A DNA stretch of 64,000 bases from Gaiellaceae bacterium (GTDB lineage: Bacteria; Actinomycetota; Thermoleophilia; Gaiellales; Gaiellaceae): contig DASXKU010000073.1 of NCBI GenBank assembly GCA_036496645.1, positions 539-64,538 of the forward strand. Direction: 5' to 3'. A program made the translations under genes and the position numbers. The notes under the pieces were generated by a model. It ran no database searches and was not told where the DNA came from. It was given only the letters and a program-made list of their open reading frames with translations. Numbering within the stretch: position 1 is the first letter of the stretch; each line of letters starts with the position of its first letter. Shown here piece by piece: positions 47,051 through 55,523 of this stretch.

Positions 47051-47827
47051 TCAAGTTGGTATAGACCAATTGCCACTGAACCCAGATGCTTGCACAGTGG
47101 TTACCAAGTTGTCAATACCAGCTAGACCACCGGCCCCCAGCTCGGAGACCAGCCGGTAGCGGTCGCCGCGATAGGTGGAGCTGGTGAATTCGACGATGTC
47201 GCCGGCCGCAGCACGGGTGACCCGCTCAAAAAGGAGCGCCGGGGAATGGAGCGGCACGGTGAGCGCCGCCGACTCCTCGTCGTTGGTCACGGTGGGCTCG
47301 ACGGTCTGCGTGCCACCGACGATCTCGACGCCCCAACGGCTCGCGAGCAGGTCGTAAAACGAGTTCGTCTCGAGGTCGGCCGCGATCAGCCCGGGCACCA
47401 GCGACTCGCGTACATGCAGGAGCTCGATCGCCATCGGCTCACCATCGGCGAGACGCAAGCGCTTCACCGACACGACCCGCTCGGACGGCGAGACGTGCAG
47501 GATGCGCCCAAGCCGCGCGCCGGCCGGAACGACGTCGAGGGCAAGCGTGCGGCTGCCCGGGCGCATGCCGCGCTCGCGCATGTCGTCGCTGAACGACGCG
47601 ACGATCGTCATCCCCTTCGCGACCTTCGGCTCGCTGACGAACGTGCCCGCACCCTGACGGCGCGTGAGATAGCCCTCGCGCACGAGGTCGTCGAGCGCGG
47701 CGCGAACGGTCAACCGTGAGACGGCGAAGTCGACGCTCAGCTGCCGCTCAGACGGAATCGCGTCGCCAGGACTAAGCGCTTCGGTCAGCTCGAGCACGCG
47801 CTCGCGCGTCTCGCGCTGCTTCGTCAT
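47051..47827 (-). CDS. GntR/HutC-family regulator with UTRA domain (DasR/NagR-like)
   Basis: HTH PSERQLSVDFAVSRLTVRAALDDL and the UTRA domain ending YRGDRYRL. Embedded in the GlcNAc operon. Confidence 0.85.
   Translation of the reverse strand: MTKQRETRERVLELTEALSPGDAIPSERQLSVDFAVSRLTVRAALDDLVREGYLTRRQGAGTFVSEPKVAKGMTIVASFSDDMRERGMRPGSRTLALDVVPAGARLGRILHVSPSERVVSVKRLRLADGEPMAIELLHVRESLVPGLIAADLETNSFYDLLASRWGVEIVGGTQTVEPTVTNDEESAALTVPLHSPALLFERVTRAAAGDIVEFTSSTYRGDRYRLVSELGAGGLAGIDNLVTTVQASGFSGNWSIPT
47057..47068. promoter_or_regulatory. dre-like operator TGGTATAGACCA
   Basis: 11 of 12 match to the core TGGTCTAGACCA of the Streptomyces DasR consensus. Identical 12-mer at 48981. Confidence 0.6.
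47109..47120. promoter_or_regulatory. dre-like operator (TTGTCAATACCA)
   Basis: Inverse orientation of the 49026 site, with one mismatch. Confidence 0.4.
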
Positions 47828-48966
47828 GCGGGTTGCAATTCGCGCGCGCCCGCCCCGAGCCGCTCGCCGGTGGCCGGGTCGAAGTAATGGAAGCGAGCCG
47901 CGTCGACGGCCAGCTCGAGCGTGCCGCCGACCCGCGCCGACGTGCGGGCGTCAACCCGCGCGGTGAAGAGCGCGCGGTCGGCCGGCAGCAGGTCATCTCC
48001 GCTTGCTTCCAGGATTTCCGCGGTCATCGGTGGCGCATCGACATGGAAGAAAACGTGAGCGTCAGAGCCAAGTTCTTCGACGACCTCGACCTTGACGGAG
48101 ACCGTCGGCAGCCCCGGCGCGAAGGCCGCGTCCTCGAAGGCTTCGGGCCGGATGCCGAGCACCGTTCGGCCGGCGGCGACACCCGAGACGGGCACTTTGA
48201 ACTGGCCGAAAGCCACCGATCCGCCTTCGACCGTCGCGTCGACGAGGTTCATCGCGGGCGAGCCGATGAACGCGGCGACGAACAGGTTGCGCGGGTTCGC
48301 GTAGAGCGCTTGCGGCCGGTCGACCTGCAGCATGTGGCCGTCGCGCATCACCGCCACTCTTTCGCCCAAAGTCATCGCTTCGGTCTGGTCGTGCGTCACG
48401 TAGACGGTGGTCGTGCGCAGGCGCTGGTGAAGTTGCGCGAGGCTGGCGCGCATGCCGACGCGGAGTTTCGCGTCGAGGTTCGAGAGTGGCTCGTCGAGCA
48501 GGAACGCCTGCGGGTGGCGAACGATTGCGCGGCCCATCGCGACGCGCTGGCGCTGGCCACCGGAGAGCTGGGACGGGCGGCGATTCAGCAGTTTTTCGAG
48601 CCCGAGCAGCTCCGCGACCTCGGCCACTCGCTGCTCGACCTCCGGCTTCGGAGTGCGGCGCGCGCGGAGCCCGTAGCCGAGGTTCTGACGCACGGTCATA
48701 TGCGGGTAGAGCGCGTAGCTTTGGAAGACCATGGCGACGTCGCGGCTCCGCGGCGGCAGGTCGCTGACATCCTGGCCCCCGATCTCGATCGCGCCGCCGC
48801 TGATCTCCTCCAGCCCGGCGATCATCCGCAGCAGCGTCGACTTGCCGCACCCGGACGGCCCAACCAGCACGAGGAACTCCCCGTCCGCGATCTCGAGCGA
48901 GATGTCGTCCACGGCCACGACGTCCCCAAATCGCTTCGTCACGTGTTCGAGCTTGATCTCGCCCAT
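47824..48966 (-). CDS. msiK: sugar ABC transporter ATP-binding protein (MsiK/MalK-like)
   Basis: ATG 48966 (MGEIKLEHV). Walker A GPSGCGKST, signature LSGGQRQR, and a C-terminal TOBE-like domain. Confidence 0.9.
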   Translation of the reverse strand: MGEIKLEHVTKRFGDVVAVDDISLEIADGEFLVLVGPSGCGKSTLLRMIAGLEEISGGAIEIGGQDVSDLPPRSRDVAMVFQSYALYPHMTVRQNLGYGLRARRTPKPEVEQRVAEVAELLGLEKLLNRRPSQLSGGQRQRVAMGRAIVRHPQAFLLDEPLSNLDAKLRVGMRASLAQLHQRLRTTTVYVTHDQTEAMTLGERVAVMRDGHMLQVDRPQALYANPRNLFVAAFIGSPAMNLVDATVEGGSVAFGQFKVPVSGVAAGRTVLGIRPEAFEDAAFAPGLPTVSVKVEVVEELGSDAHVFFHVDAPPMTAEILEASGDDLLPADRALFTARVDARTSARVGGTLELAVDAARFHYFDPATGERLGAGARELQPA

Positions 48967-48980
48967 CGTCTGGCCGTCGA

Positions 48981-48992
48981 TGGTATAGACCA
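48981..48992. promoter_or_regulatory. dre-like operator TGGTATAGACCA
   Basis: Lies in the divergent msiK-nagA intergenic region. Identical to the 47057 site. Confidence 0.6.
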
Positions 48993-49025
48993 AAGCGGTC
49001 GAAAACAAGCGGCGTCCGGGAAAAC

Positions 49026-49037
49026 TGGTATTGACCA
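49026..49037. promoter_or_regulatory. dre-like operator TGGTATTGACCA
   Basis: Second site in the same intergenic region, 31 nt before the nagA ATG. Confidence 0.55.
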
Positions 49038-49067
49038 CACTGGGGTCAGAGCCCTACACTCCTCGCG

Positions 49068-50165
49068 ATGAAGCTCGGTGTCGCAGGCGCAGTTGTGGAC
49101 GGGACCTTTGTCCGCGGCGACGTCGAGATCTCGGAAGGCCGTATCGCCGGCGTTGGGCTCGCAACGCCCGGCGGCGGCTCCGGGATCGCTGTGCCGGGCT
49201 TCGTCGACCTTCAGGTGAACGGCTTCGGGGGCGTCGACTTTCTCGACGCCGACGCGGACGGCTACCGGCGCGCCGGCACGGCGCTGCTCGAGACGGGCGT
49301 CACCGCGTATGTCCCGACGCTGATCACCAGCCCCGAGGAGCAGCTGCTCGCGGCGATGCGCGAGGTCCCGTACAACGGTGCGTACCCGCGCGTGCTCGGC
49401 GTGCACCTCGAGGGGCCGTTCCTGTCACCGAACCGCATGGGCACGCACACCGCGGCGGCGCGCCGCGATCCGGACGAAGCGCTGCTGGCGCGGCTGCTCG
49501 ACGGCGGCCCGGTCGTACTGATGACACTCGCTCCGGAGCTTCCGGGCGCGGACGAATTGATTCGCGCACTCGTCGCGCGCGGCGTGCGCGTGTCACTCGG
49601 TCACACCGACGCGACTGCCGAGCAGGCGAACCATGCGTTCGATCTCGGCGCCGTCGCGGTCACACATCTCTTCAATGCAATGCGTCCGTTCCGGCATCGC
49701 GACCCCGGAGTCGTCGGCGCAGCGCTCGTGCGGGACGGCGTGATCGTGCAGATCATCATCGACGGCATCCATCTCGCGCCGGAGACGGTGAAGCTGGTGT
49801 GGCGTTCCGCCGCCGGCCGCGTGTCGCTCGTCACCGACGCGATGACGGCGACCGGCGTGAGCGACGACGGCTCGTGGAGCTTCGGCGACTTCGACGTCGA
49901 CATCCACGACGGCGAAGTGCGAAACCCGGCCGGGGTTCTCGCCGGCACGACGCTGACGATGGTGGAAGCGGTGCGGAACTTGCACCGGCTCGGCGTGCCG
50001 ATCGAGGAAGCAGTCGCAGCTGCGACCTCGGTTCCCGCATCGGTGTTGGGGCTACCCGAGATCGGGCGGCTCGCCCCCGGCCTGCCCGCCGACGTTGTCG
50101 TACTGAGCGACGACGTGCACGTCGAGCGCGTGCTCGTCGGCGGCGAAGTGCTCGTGGCCGCTTAG
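49068..50165 (+). CDS. nagA: N-acetylglucosamine-6-phosphate deacetylase
   Basis: 365 aa with motifs [22 protein letters not shown] and THLFNAM. Confidence 0.9.
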   Translation: MKLGVAGAVVDGTFVRGDVEISEGRIAGVGLATPGGGSGIAVPGFVDLQVNGFGGVDFLDADADGYRRAGTALLETGVTAYVPTLITSPEEQLLAAMREVPYNGAYPRVLGVHLEGPFLSPNRMGTHTAAARRDPDEALLARLLDGGPVVLMTLAPELPGADELIRALVARGVRVSLGHTDATAEQANHAFDLGAVAVTHLFNAMRPFRHRDPGVVGAALVRDGVIVQIIIDGIHLAPETVKLVWRSAAGRVSLVTDAMTATGVSDDGSWSFGDFDVDIHDGEVRNPAGVLAGTTLTMVEAVRNLHRLGVPIEEAVAAATSVPASVLGLPEIGRLAPGLPADVVVLSDDVHVERVLVGGEVLVAA

Positions 50166-50752
50166 GCCACACGCACGACGAAGAACGCGATCGCCGTGTA
50201 CTGACACGCGAGCGCGACGATCGTCAGCGCATGAAAGAGCTCGTGGTAGCCGAACACTGCGGGCACCGGATCAGGCTTACGCCGCGCGTAGACGATCGCA
50301 CCGGCGGTATACGCGAGCCCACCGGCGAGGAGCAGTGCAACGGCAGCCCAGCCTTCGTGCTGCTCGAGCTGCGGCATGGCCGCGACGCCGACCCACCCGA
50401 GCGAAATGGCGAGCACCACCGACACCCACTTCGGCGCGCGAACCCAGAGGAACTTCAGCAGCGTCGCGGCCGCCGCGCCGCCCCACACGACACCCAGCAC
50501 CACGTGCTGGAGAGTCCCGTGCAGGCTGATCAGCCCGACGGGTGTGAACGTCCCCGCGATCAAGAAGTAGATCCCGGCATGGTCGAGCCGTCGCATCCAG
50601 AGGCGCGCACGCGGGCCCCAGGTGATGAGGTGGTAAAGCGCGCTGACCAGCAGCATTGTCGTCACCGAGGCGGCGAAAACGGCTGCCCCAACAGTCTCAC
50701 GGGCGCCCGTCGCGTAGGTCACGAAGACCACTCCGACGGCGCAAGAGACCAC
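50162..50752 (-). CDS. hemolysin III / PAQR family channel protein (N-terminus probably longer)
   Basis: [16 protein letters not shown] and HELFH motifs. The conserved [13 protein letters not shown] segment lies in frame upstream of the first canonical start (see findings). Confidence 0.8.
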   Translation of the reverse strand: MVSCAVGVVFVTYATGARETVGAAVFAASVTTMLLVSALYHLITWGPRARLWMRRLDHAGIYFLIAGTFTPVGLISLHGTLQHVVLGVVWGGAAAATLLKFLWVRAPKWVSVVLAISLGWVGVAAMPQLEQHEGWAAVALLLAGGLAYTAGAIVYARRKPDPVPAVFGYHELFHALTIVALACQYTAIAFFVVRVA

Positions 50753-50941
50753 GAAAGCCGCCGCATGGAGGGTTCCCCGAAGCCGCGGGCGCTCGGTTCT
50801 GACCGGATGGACGGTCGAAGTCGTACCGGCAGTGTTCCACAGGGGCTGCTACCGTGCCCGGCGGTAACCAGAGCGAGTCCGGTTTGCGCCAAGCGCCATT
50901 CCCTACTTGTTCGTTTGAAGTGCAGGGGAGGTGTTTTTAAT

Positions 50942-51154
50942 ATGGCTAGCGGAACCGTGAAGTGGTTCAACGATGCAAAGGGGTATGGCTTCATCACCCC
51001 CGACGAAGGTTCGAAAGACCTTTTCGTCCATCACTCCAACATTGCCGGCGACGGATTCAAGTCGCTGACTGAGGGCGCGCGCGTTGAGTACGAGGCGCGC
51101 GAAGGCGCGAAGGGCCCGGAGGCGACCAACGTCTCCCCCCTCGTCACCGCCTAG
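50942..51154 (+). CDS. cspA: cold-shock protein (CspA family)
   Basis: [15 protein letters not shown] (RNP1) and DLFVHHS (RNP2). 70 aa. Confidence 0.95.
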   Translation: MASGTVKWFNDAKGYGFITPDEGSKDLFVHHSNIAGDGFKSLTEGARVEYEAREGAKGPEATNVSPLVTA

Positions 51155-51166
51155 ATCTCGTGTTAC

Positions 51167-51192
51167 GGCCCGCGCCGGTTTCGGCGCGGGCC
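51167..51192 (+). terminator. stem-loop after csp
   Basis: Perfect 11-bp arms (GGCCCGCGCCG / CGGCGCGGGCC) with a GTTT loop. No U-tract. Confidence 0.5.
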
Positions 51193-51216
51193 TAACCTCA
51201 ATCGATCGGACGCCTT

Positions 51217-51459
51217 ATGGCTGAGAAGGAAGAGAAGATCGAGTTCGAGGGCGAAGTCCTCGAGGCGCTGCGGAACCGCATGTTCCGAGTGTTGCTCGAC
51301 AACGGGCACGAGACGCTCGGCTACACGTCGGGGCGTCTGAAGAAGTTCCGCATCAGAATTCTTGCGGGCGACCGTGTGCGGATCGAGCTGTCGCCGTATG
51401 ACTTGAATCGCGGCCGGATCGTGTACCGGCTGTCGGGCTCGTCGCCGAACCCGAACTAA
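51217..51459 (+). CDS. infA: translation initiation factor IF-1
   Basis: S1-like pattern ([22 protein letters not shown]...[27 protein letters not shown]). Confidence 0.95.
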   Translation: MAEKEEKIEFEGEVLEALRNRMFRVLLDNGHETLGYTSGRLKKFRIRILAGDRVRIELSPYDLNRGRIVYRLSGSSPNPN

Positions 51460-51473
51460 CGCGGCTCTAGTAA

Positions 51474-52130
51474 CTAACGAGGCTGGGGCACGATGCGAAT
51501 GTAGGGCTTCGGCTCTTCCCATTCGCCGAAGATCTCTTTCGCCTCGTCGTTCGAGACCGAGCCAGAGATGATCACGTTGTCGCCTTGCTGCCACTGCGCA
51601 GGCGTTGCGACCTTGTGCTTCGCGGTGAGCTGCAGCGAGTCGATCACGCGCAACACCTCGTCGAAGTTGCGGCCGGTCGTCATCGGATAGATGAGGATCA
51701 GCTTGACCTTCTTATCCGGGCCGATCACAAACACGTTGCGAACGGTCTGGTTGTCGGCCGGCGTGCGCTGCAGCGGATCGCCTGTCGTCGACGCGGGCAG
51801 CATCCCGTAAAGCATCGCGACGTTGAAGTCGGAGTCGGCGATGATCGGGAAGTTGACCGCTGAGCCCTGCGTCTCCTCGATGTCCTTCACCCAATCGGCG
51901 TGCCTCTCGGTGGGATCGACGCTGAGGCCGATCACCTTCACGCCGCGCTTGTCGAACTCCGGCTTGATCGACGCCATGTAGCCGAGCTCGGTGGTGCAGA
52001 TCGGAGTGAAGTCCTTGGGGTGCGAAAAGAGGACGCCCCACGAGTCGCCAAGCCAGTCGTGGAAGCTGATCCGGCCCTCAGTGGTCTCGGCCTCGAAGTC
52101 AGGCGCGGTGTCGCCAAGTTGCAGTGCCAT
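51474..52130 (-). CDS. peroxiredoxin (1-Cys Prx / Prx6-like)
   Basis: PKDFTPICTTEL peroxidatic Cys context. 218 aa. Confidence 0.9.
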   Translation of the reverse strand: MALQLGDTAPDFEAETTEGRISFHDWLGDSWGVLFSHPKDFTPICTTELGYMASIKPEFDKRGVKVIGLSVDPTERHADWVKDIEETQGSAVNFPIIADSDFNVAMLYGMLPASTTGDPLQRTPADNQTVRNVFVIGPDKKVKLILIYPMTTGRNFDEVLRVIDSLQLTAKHKVATPAQWQQGDNVIISGSVSNDEAKEIFGEWEEPKPYIRIVPQPR

Positions 52131-52221
52131 CCGATCCTCCCGTCCGTTCGCTGGTAATCCGGCAGTATTCCTACGATTTCACCAGGACCTGCCGATCCCA
52201 CCGAATCGAAGAGGAGAACTC

Positions 52222-52551
52222 TTGGCTCTGACCCAGACCCAACTTGCCGCTGAAATCGCTGAGCGCGCCGACCTGACCAAGGCACAGGCGAAGGACGCAC
52301 TTGCAGCGCTCGAGGAAATTGTGCTCGAGGAGATCGGCGAAGCCGAGAAGGTGAAGATCGGCGGACTCGTGCAGTTCAACGTGCGGATGAGGCCGGCCAC
52401 CAAGGCGCGCCCCGGCCGCAACCCCGCAACGGGCGAGGAGATCACGATCTCCGCGAAGCCGGCGTCGGTGACCGTCCGCGCTCGTCCGCTCGCGAAGACG
52501 AAGGCCGCGCTGCCGTCAGTGGCGAAGGCCAAGAAGGCGCTCGGCGTCTAA
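52222..52551 (+). CDS. hup: DNA-binding protein HU with a short basic tail
   Basis: TTG 52222 lies 5 nt after GAGGAG. HU pattern (LTKAQAKDALAALEE, RPGRNPATGEEI). Confidence 0.85.
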   Translation: MALTQTQLAAEIAERADLTKAQAKDALAALEEIVLEEIGEAEKVKIGGLVQFNVRMRPATKARPGRNPATGEEITISAKPASVTVRARPLAKTKAALPSVAKAKKALGV

Positions 52552-52595
52552 CACACTGAACTGAGCGGGGGCCGCGGGGCCTACGATTCCCGCGA

Positions 52596-52667
52596 GCCCC
52601 CGTAGCTCAGTGGATAGAGCAGCGGTTTCCTAAACCGCGTGCGCGTGTTCGACTCACGCCGGGGGCA
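52596..52667 (+). tRNA. tRNA-Arg (anticodon CCT)
   Basis: Hand-folded cloverleaf. Acceptor GCCCCCG/CGGGGGC, D arm GCTC/GAGC, anticodon stem GCGGT/ACCGC with loop TTCCTAA, T arm GCGTG-TTCGACT-CACGC, discriminator A. No encoded CCA. Confidence 0.9.
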
Positions 52668-52671
52668 TCGT
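52625..52671 (+). repeat. 47-bp direct repeat, copy 1 (tRNA-Arg anticodon loop to 3' end plus 4 nt); attL-like
   Basis: Identical base for base to 54461-54507. Confidence 0.9.
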
Positions 52672-52759
52672 CGTTGCAGCATCACCGGCCTCTACAACTT
52701 CGCATGCACGCACGTCGCTGATGAAGACGGCTTTCTGGATTTAGCGCACGACTATCCTT

Positions 52760-53686
52760 GTGCAGGTGATGCCTAACTCGACCGCGCCGGATGTTGCGGT
52801 TGTTCGCGCCGATTCGCTAGTGAAGCGCTTCGGCAGCGTTGTCGCGGTCGACCACTTGTCGTTCGCGCTCGCGCCGGGAACGATCACCGGCTTCCTCGGC
52901 CCGAACGGGGCGGGGAAGACAACCACGTTGCGCATGCTGCTGGGACTTGCCATGCCTAACAGCGGAAATGCGCTTGTCTTCGGACAACCGTACGCGGAGA
53001 TCGAACAGCCGGCGCGGCGGATCGGCGCGGTGCTCGAAGCAACCGACTTTCACCCGGGCCGATCTGGGCGCGACCACCTCAACACGCTCGCCGCGGCAGC
53101 CGAGATGCCGCGCTCTCGCGTCGAAGAAGTGTTGCAGCTGGTCGAACTCGCGAGCGCCGCCAGTCGGCGCGTCAAGGGCTACTCGCTCGGCATGCGTCAG
53201 CGGCTTGGTCTCGCCGCGGCGCTGCTCGGCGACCCCGAACTGCTGATCCTCGACGAGCCGGCAAATGGTCTCGACCCCGAAGGAGTGCGCTGGCTGCGCG
53301 ACTTCCTCCGCGCCTTCGCCGCCGAGCAGCGCACAGTGCTTATCTCGAGCCACGTACTCGCCGAGGTCGCGCAGACTGTCGACCAGGTCCTGATCGTCAA
53401 CCGCGGCAAGCTCGTCGTCGAGTCCTCACTGGCACAACTGACCGCCCATGTCGGCGGCTCCATCCGCGTCCGCACCCCCGAGCCGGATAAGCTCGCGACA
53501 GCGCTGGCACAGGCGGGAATCAACGCGACAGCGAGCAACGACCATGGCTTGCTCGTGCACGGAACGACGAGCGAGCGCGTCGGCGATGTCGCCTTCGCCG
53601 CCCTCGTACCCATCCATGAGTTGGTGGCCGAGGGCTCCTCGCTCGAACAGGTCTTCCTCGAACTGACCGCGGAGCCCGACGCGTGA
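52760..53686 (+). CDS. ABC transporter ATP-binding protein (ABC-2 type)
   Basis: Walker A GPNGAGKTT, signature YSLGMRQR, Walker B LLILDEP. Start may be GTG 52760, GTG 52766 or ATG 52769. Confidence 0.9.
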   Translation: MQVMPNSTAPDVAVVRADSLVKRFGSVVAVDHLSFALAPGTITGFLGPNGAGKTTTLRMLLGLAMPNSGNALVFGQPYAEIEQPARRIGAVLEATDFHPGRSGRDHLNTLAAAAEMPRSRVEEVLQLVELASAASRRVKGYSLGMRQRLGLAAALLGDPELLILDEPANGLDPEGVRWLRDFLRAFAAEQRTVLISSHVLAEVAQTVDQVLIVNRGKLVVESSLAQLTAHVGGSIRVRTPEPDKLATALAQAGINATASNDHGLLVHGTTSERVGDVAFAALVPIHELVAEGSSLEQVFLELTAEPDA

Positions 53687-54417
53687 TCGCGCAGCTCAAA
53701 GCCGAACTACTGAAGATCCGCTCGACACGCACGACCGTTGGGATCGTGCTCGGCATGATCGCCCTCATCGTTCTCTTCTCACTGCTCTCTGGATTGCTGA
53801 CGAAGGCAGCGGGCCTCGGGAGCACCGAAGACCAGCGCGGCCTGCTCAGTGTGGGTAGCCTCGCCGGCGTCTTCTCTGCGCTCGCGGGGATCATGCTCGT
53901 GACCAGCGAGTACCGCTTCGGCACGATCCGTCCCACCTTTCTCTTCACACCCAAACGCTCGCGCGTGATCGGCGCCAAGCTCGCCGCAGGCCTGCTCGCC
54001 GGAGTCCTCTTCGGCGTCGCCGGCGAGGGGCTCGGCTTCGCAATCGGCTACGCAGCCCTCGCCGGCCGGGGCATCGACTACGCCCTCAACGCCGACCAGA
54101 CGATGCTGCTCCTACTCGGAACAACGGCCGGGGTCGCACTCTGGGGCGCAATCGGAGTGGGCGTCGGCGTCATCGTCCGCAACCAGGTCGGAGCGATCAT
54201 CGGCCTGCTCGCCTGGGGCTTCGTCGCCGAAAACCTTCTCTTTGCTTTTGTCCCAACCGTCGGCCGCTTCGCGCCGTCGCACGACTCTGACGCCCTCATG
54301 GGACTCACCACCAAACACCTCCTTCCCGCCGCCGCAGGCGGCGCCGTCCTGCTCGCCTGGACGGTCGCACTCGCACTCATTGCCATCGCACTAGCCGCAC
54401 GCCGCGACGTCACCTAA
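53683..54417 (+). CDS. ABC-2 family transporter permease
   Basis: Six hydrophobic helices. The start overlaps the ATPase stop. Confidence 0.85.
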   Translation: MIAQLKAELLKIRSTRTTVGIVLGMIALIVLFSLLSGLLTKAAGLGSTEDQRGLLSVGSLAGVFSALAGIMLVTSEYRFGTIRPTFLFTPKRSRVIGAKLAAGLLAGVLFGVAGEGLGFAIGYAALAGRGIDYALNADQTMLLLLGTTAGVALWGAIGVGVGVIVRNQVGAIIGLLAWGFVAENLLFAFVPTVGRFAPSHDSDALMGLTTKHLLPAAAGGAVLLAWTVALALIAIALAARRDVT

Positions 54418-54460
54418 CGAAGTCGATGCCCGGTAGTCGCGTTCCACCCGGGCACACCGC

Positions 54461-54507
54461 GTTTCCTAAACCGCGTGCGCGTGTTCGACTCACGCCGGGG
54501 GCATCGT
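54461..54507 (+). repeat. 47-bp direct repeat, copy 2 (tRNA-Arg 3' fragment); attR-like
   Basis: Identical to 52625-52671. No 5' half of a tRNA precedes it. Confidence 0.9.
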
Positions 54508-54521
54508 TCGACGACCGCCAG

Positions 54522-54920
54522 CTAGCCGGGCAGCGTGATCCTGGTTGGCGGATCTCCCCAGTGGCCATTCAGCCAGAAGTGTTCGATCGAGTAATGCCCC
54601 TCGTAGAAGCACAGCCGGTCGGCCGTAATGAACTTCTTTCCCCTTGGCCCGTTGACGACGTAGAGCGGGTACTGCCAGCAGCTGCCAACGACTTTCACCG
54701 GCTTGCCAACCAGCTGCCGCACCTGTTTGGGCGTCATCCCGAAGATAACTTTGGAAGCGTTCTCCGCGTAGCGGATCGACGCGGGGCTCGCGACGACCGC
54801 GGGCGACGGCCCACCGTGGTGTGAAGGCCAAGTCAGCAGTACGCCTGCCACCGCGAGTATCGCCAGCAGCATGACCGCAATGCCGATGCCTCCAAGTCGA
54901 CGACTGGCGCGGGGACCCAC
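54522..54920 (-). CDS. membrane-anchored small protein with SmpA/OmlA (BamE)-like motif
   Basis: N-terminal TM helix (IGIAVMLLAILAVAGVLL), then GMTPKQVRQLVGKP...GSCWQY. Paralogue of 56847-57305. Confidence 0.65.
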   Translation of the reverse strand: MGPRASRRLGGIGIAVMLLAILAVAGVLLTWPSHHGGPSPAVVASPASIRYAENASKVIFGMTPKQVRQLVGKPVKVVGSCWQYPLYVVNGPRGKKFITADRLCFYEGHYSIEHFWLNGHWGDPPTRITLPG

Positions 54921-54945
54921 CTAGAAGGGAGCCTTGCCGGCGTCG

Positions 54946-54976
54946 AAACCTTTATCGAGCGTGCGAGTAAAGGTTT
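54946..54976. promoter_or_regulatory. AT-rich inverted repeat AAACCTTTA-N13-TAAAGGTTT
   Basis: Perfect 9-bp arms in the divergent region between 54920 and 55047. Confidence 0.4.
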
Positions 54977-55046
54977 GCAGCGGATTTGGACTCTCTCTTC
55001 CAATCGCTCGATAATCCTCTCGTCGTAACTGGGGGTCGGTAAGCGA

Positions 55047-55523
55047 ATGTCGGTGTCAAAGGCAGCGCTCGAGAAGCTCTATCGCGAGCGATACGCAGGA
55101 TTTCGGCGTGCACTGACACCCGTCGCGGGAAGCTACGACGCAGCGCACGATGTTGTGCAGGAGTCATTCGCCCGCGCACTGACAAACAGACGGCAATGCC
55201 GCGACGAGGCGACGATCGCAGGTTGGGTGTGGCGCATCGCCTGGAACGTCGCGTTGGAACGTCGCAGCCCTGGACATGAGGTTCCGTTCGAAGAGGCGTT
55301 CGTCGCAACGTTGGTCGAGCCAGCCGACGACCCCGAGCTCGAGCGCGCGCTCACCGCGCTGCCACCACGCAGGCGCCTGATCTTTTTCCTTCGCTACTTC
55401 GCCGACTTCAGCTACGCGGAGATTGCGACGGCATGCGAGATCAGCGAGGGGACAGTGGCGGCTGCACTCGCGCGTGCGCGCGCCGAGCTCGGAGCGGCAA
55501 TCGAATCGAGGGCGAATCGATGA
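55047..55523 (+). CDS. ECF-type RNA polymerase sigma factor (short)
   Basis: Paralogue of 4361-4816 (AGWVWRIAWNVAL; LPPRRRLIFFLRYFADFSYAEIATACEISEGTVAAAL). Confidence 0.85.
   Translation: MSVSKAALEKLYRERYAGFRRALTPVAGSYDAAHDVVQESFARALTNRRQCRDEATIAGWVWRIAWNVALERRSPGHEVPFEEAFVATLVEPADDPELERALTALPPRRRLIFFLRYFADFSYAEIATACEISEGTVAAALARARAELGAAIESRANR

Larger units (their letters stand above)
52625..54507 (+). mobile_element. putative integrase-less tRNA-associated islet (ABC-2 exporter cassette)
   Basis: Bounded by the 47-bp tRNA 3'-end direct repeats. No recombinase ORF lies inside it. Confidence 0.35.

Noticed and set aside
47096-47131. Additional dre-like half-sites (GTGGTTACCAAG and CAGCTAGACCAC)
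   Set aside because: Only one half of each matches the palindromic core. This is too weak to call without a position weight matrix scan.
49031-50941. N-terminal 637 codons of the 707-aa plus-strand ORF 49031-51154
   Set aside because: Only the last 70 codons (the cold-shock protein) look real. The remainder is an Arg-rich out-of-frame read-through over nagA and antisense to the hemolysin-III gene.
52146-52171. GGAAT (minus strand) upstream of the peroxiredoxin gene considered as a second SigR-type promoter
   Set aside because: The position 18 nt downstream reads AAC, not GTT, and no GTT lies at 17-19 nt spacing.
52672-54460. Search for an integrase, excisionase or transposase between the tRNA-derived direct repeats
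   Set aside because: All six frames contain only the two ABC genes and short artefactual ORFs. No R..H..R..Y-type or DDE-type translation was seen.
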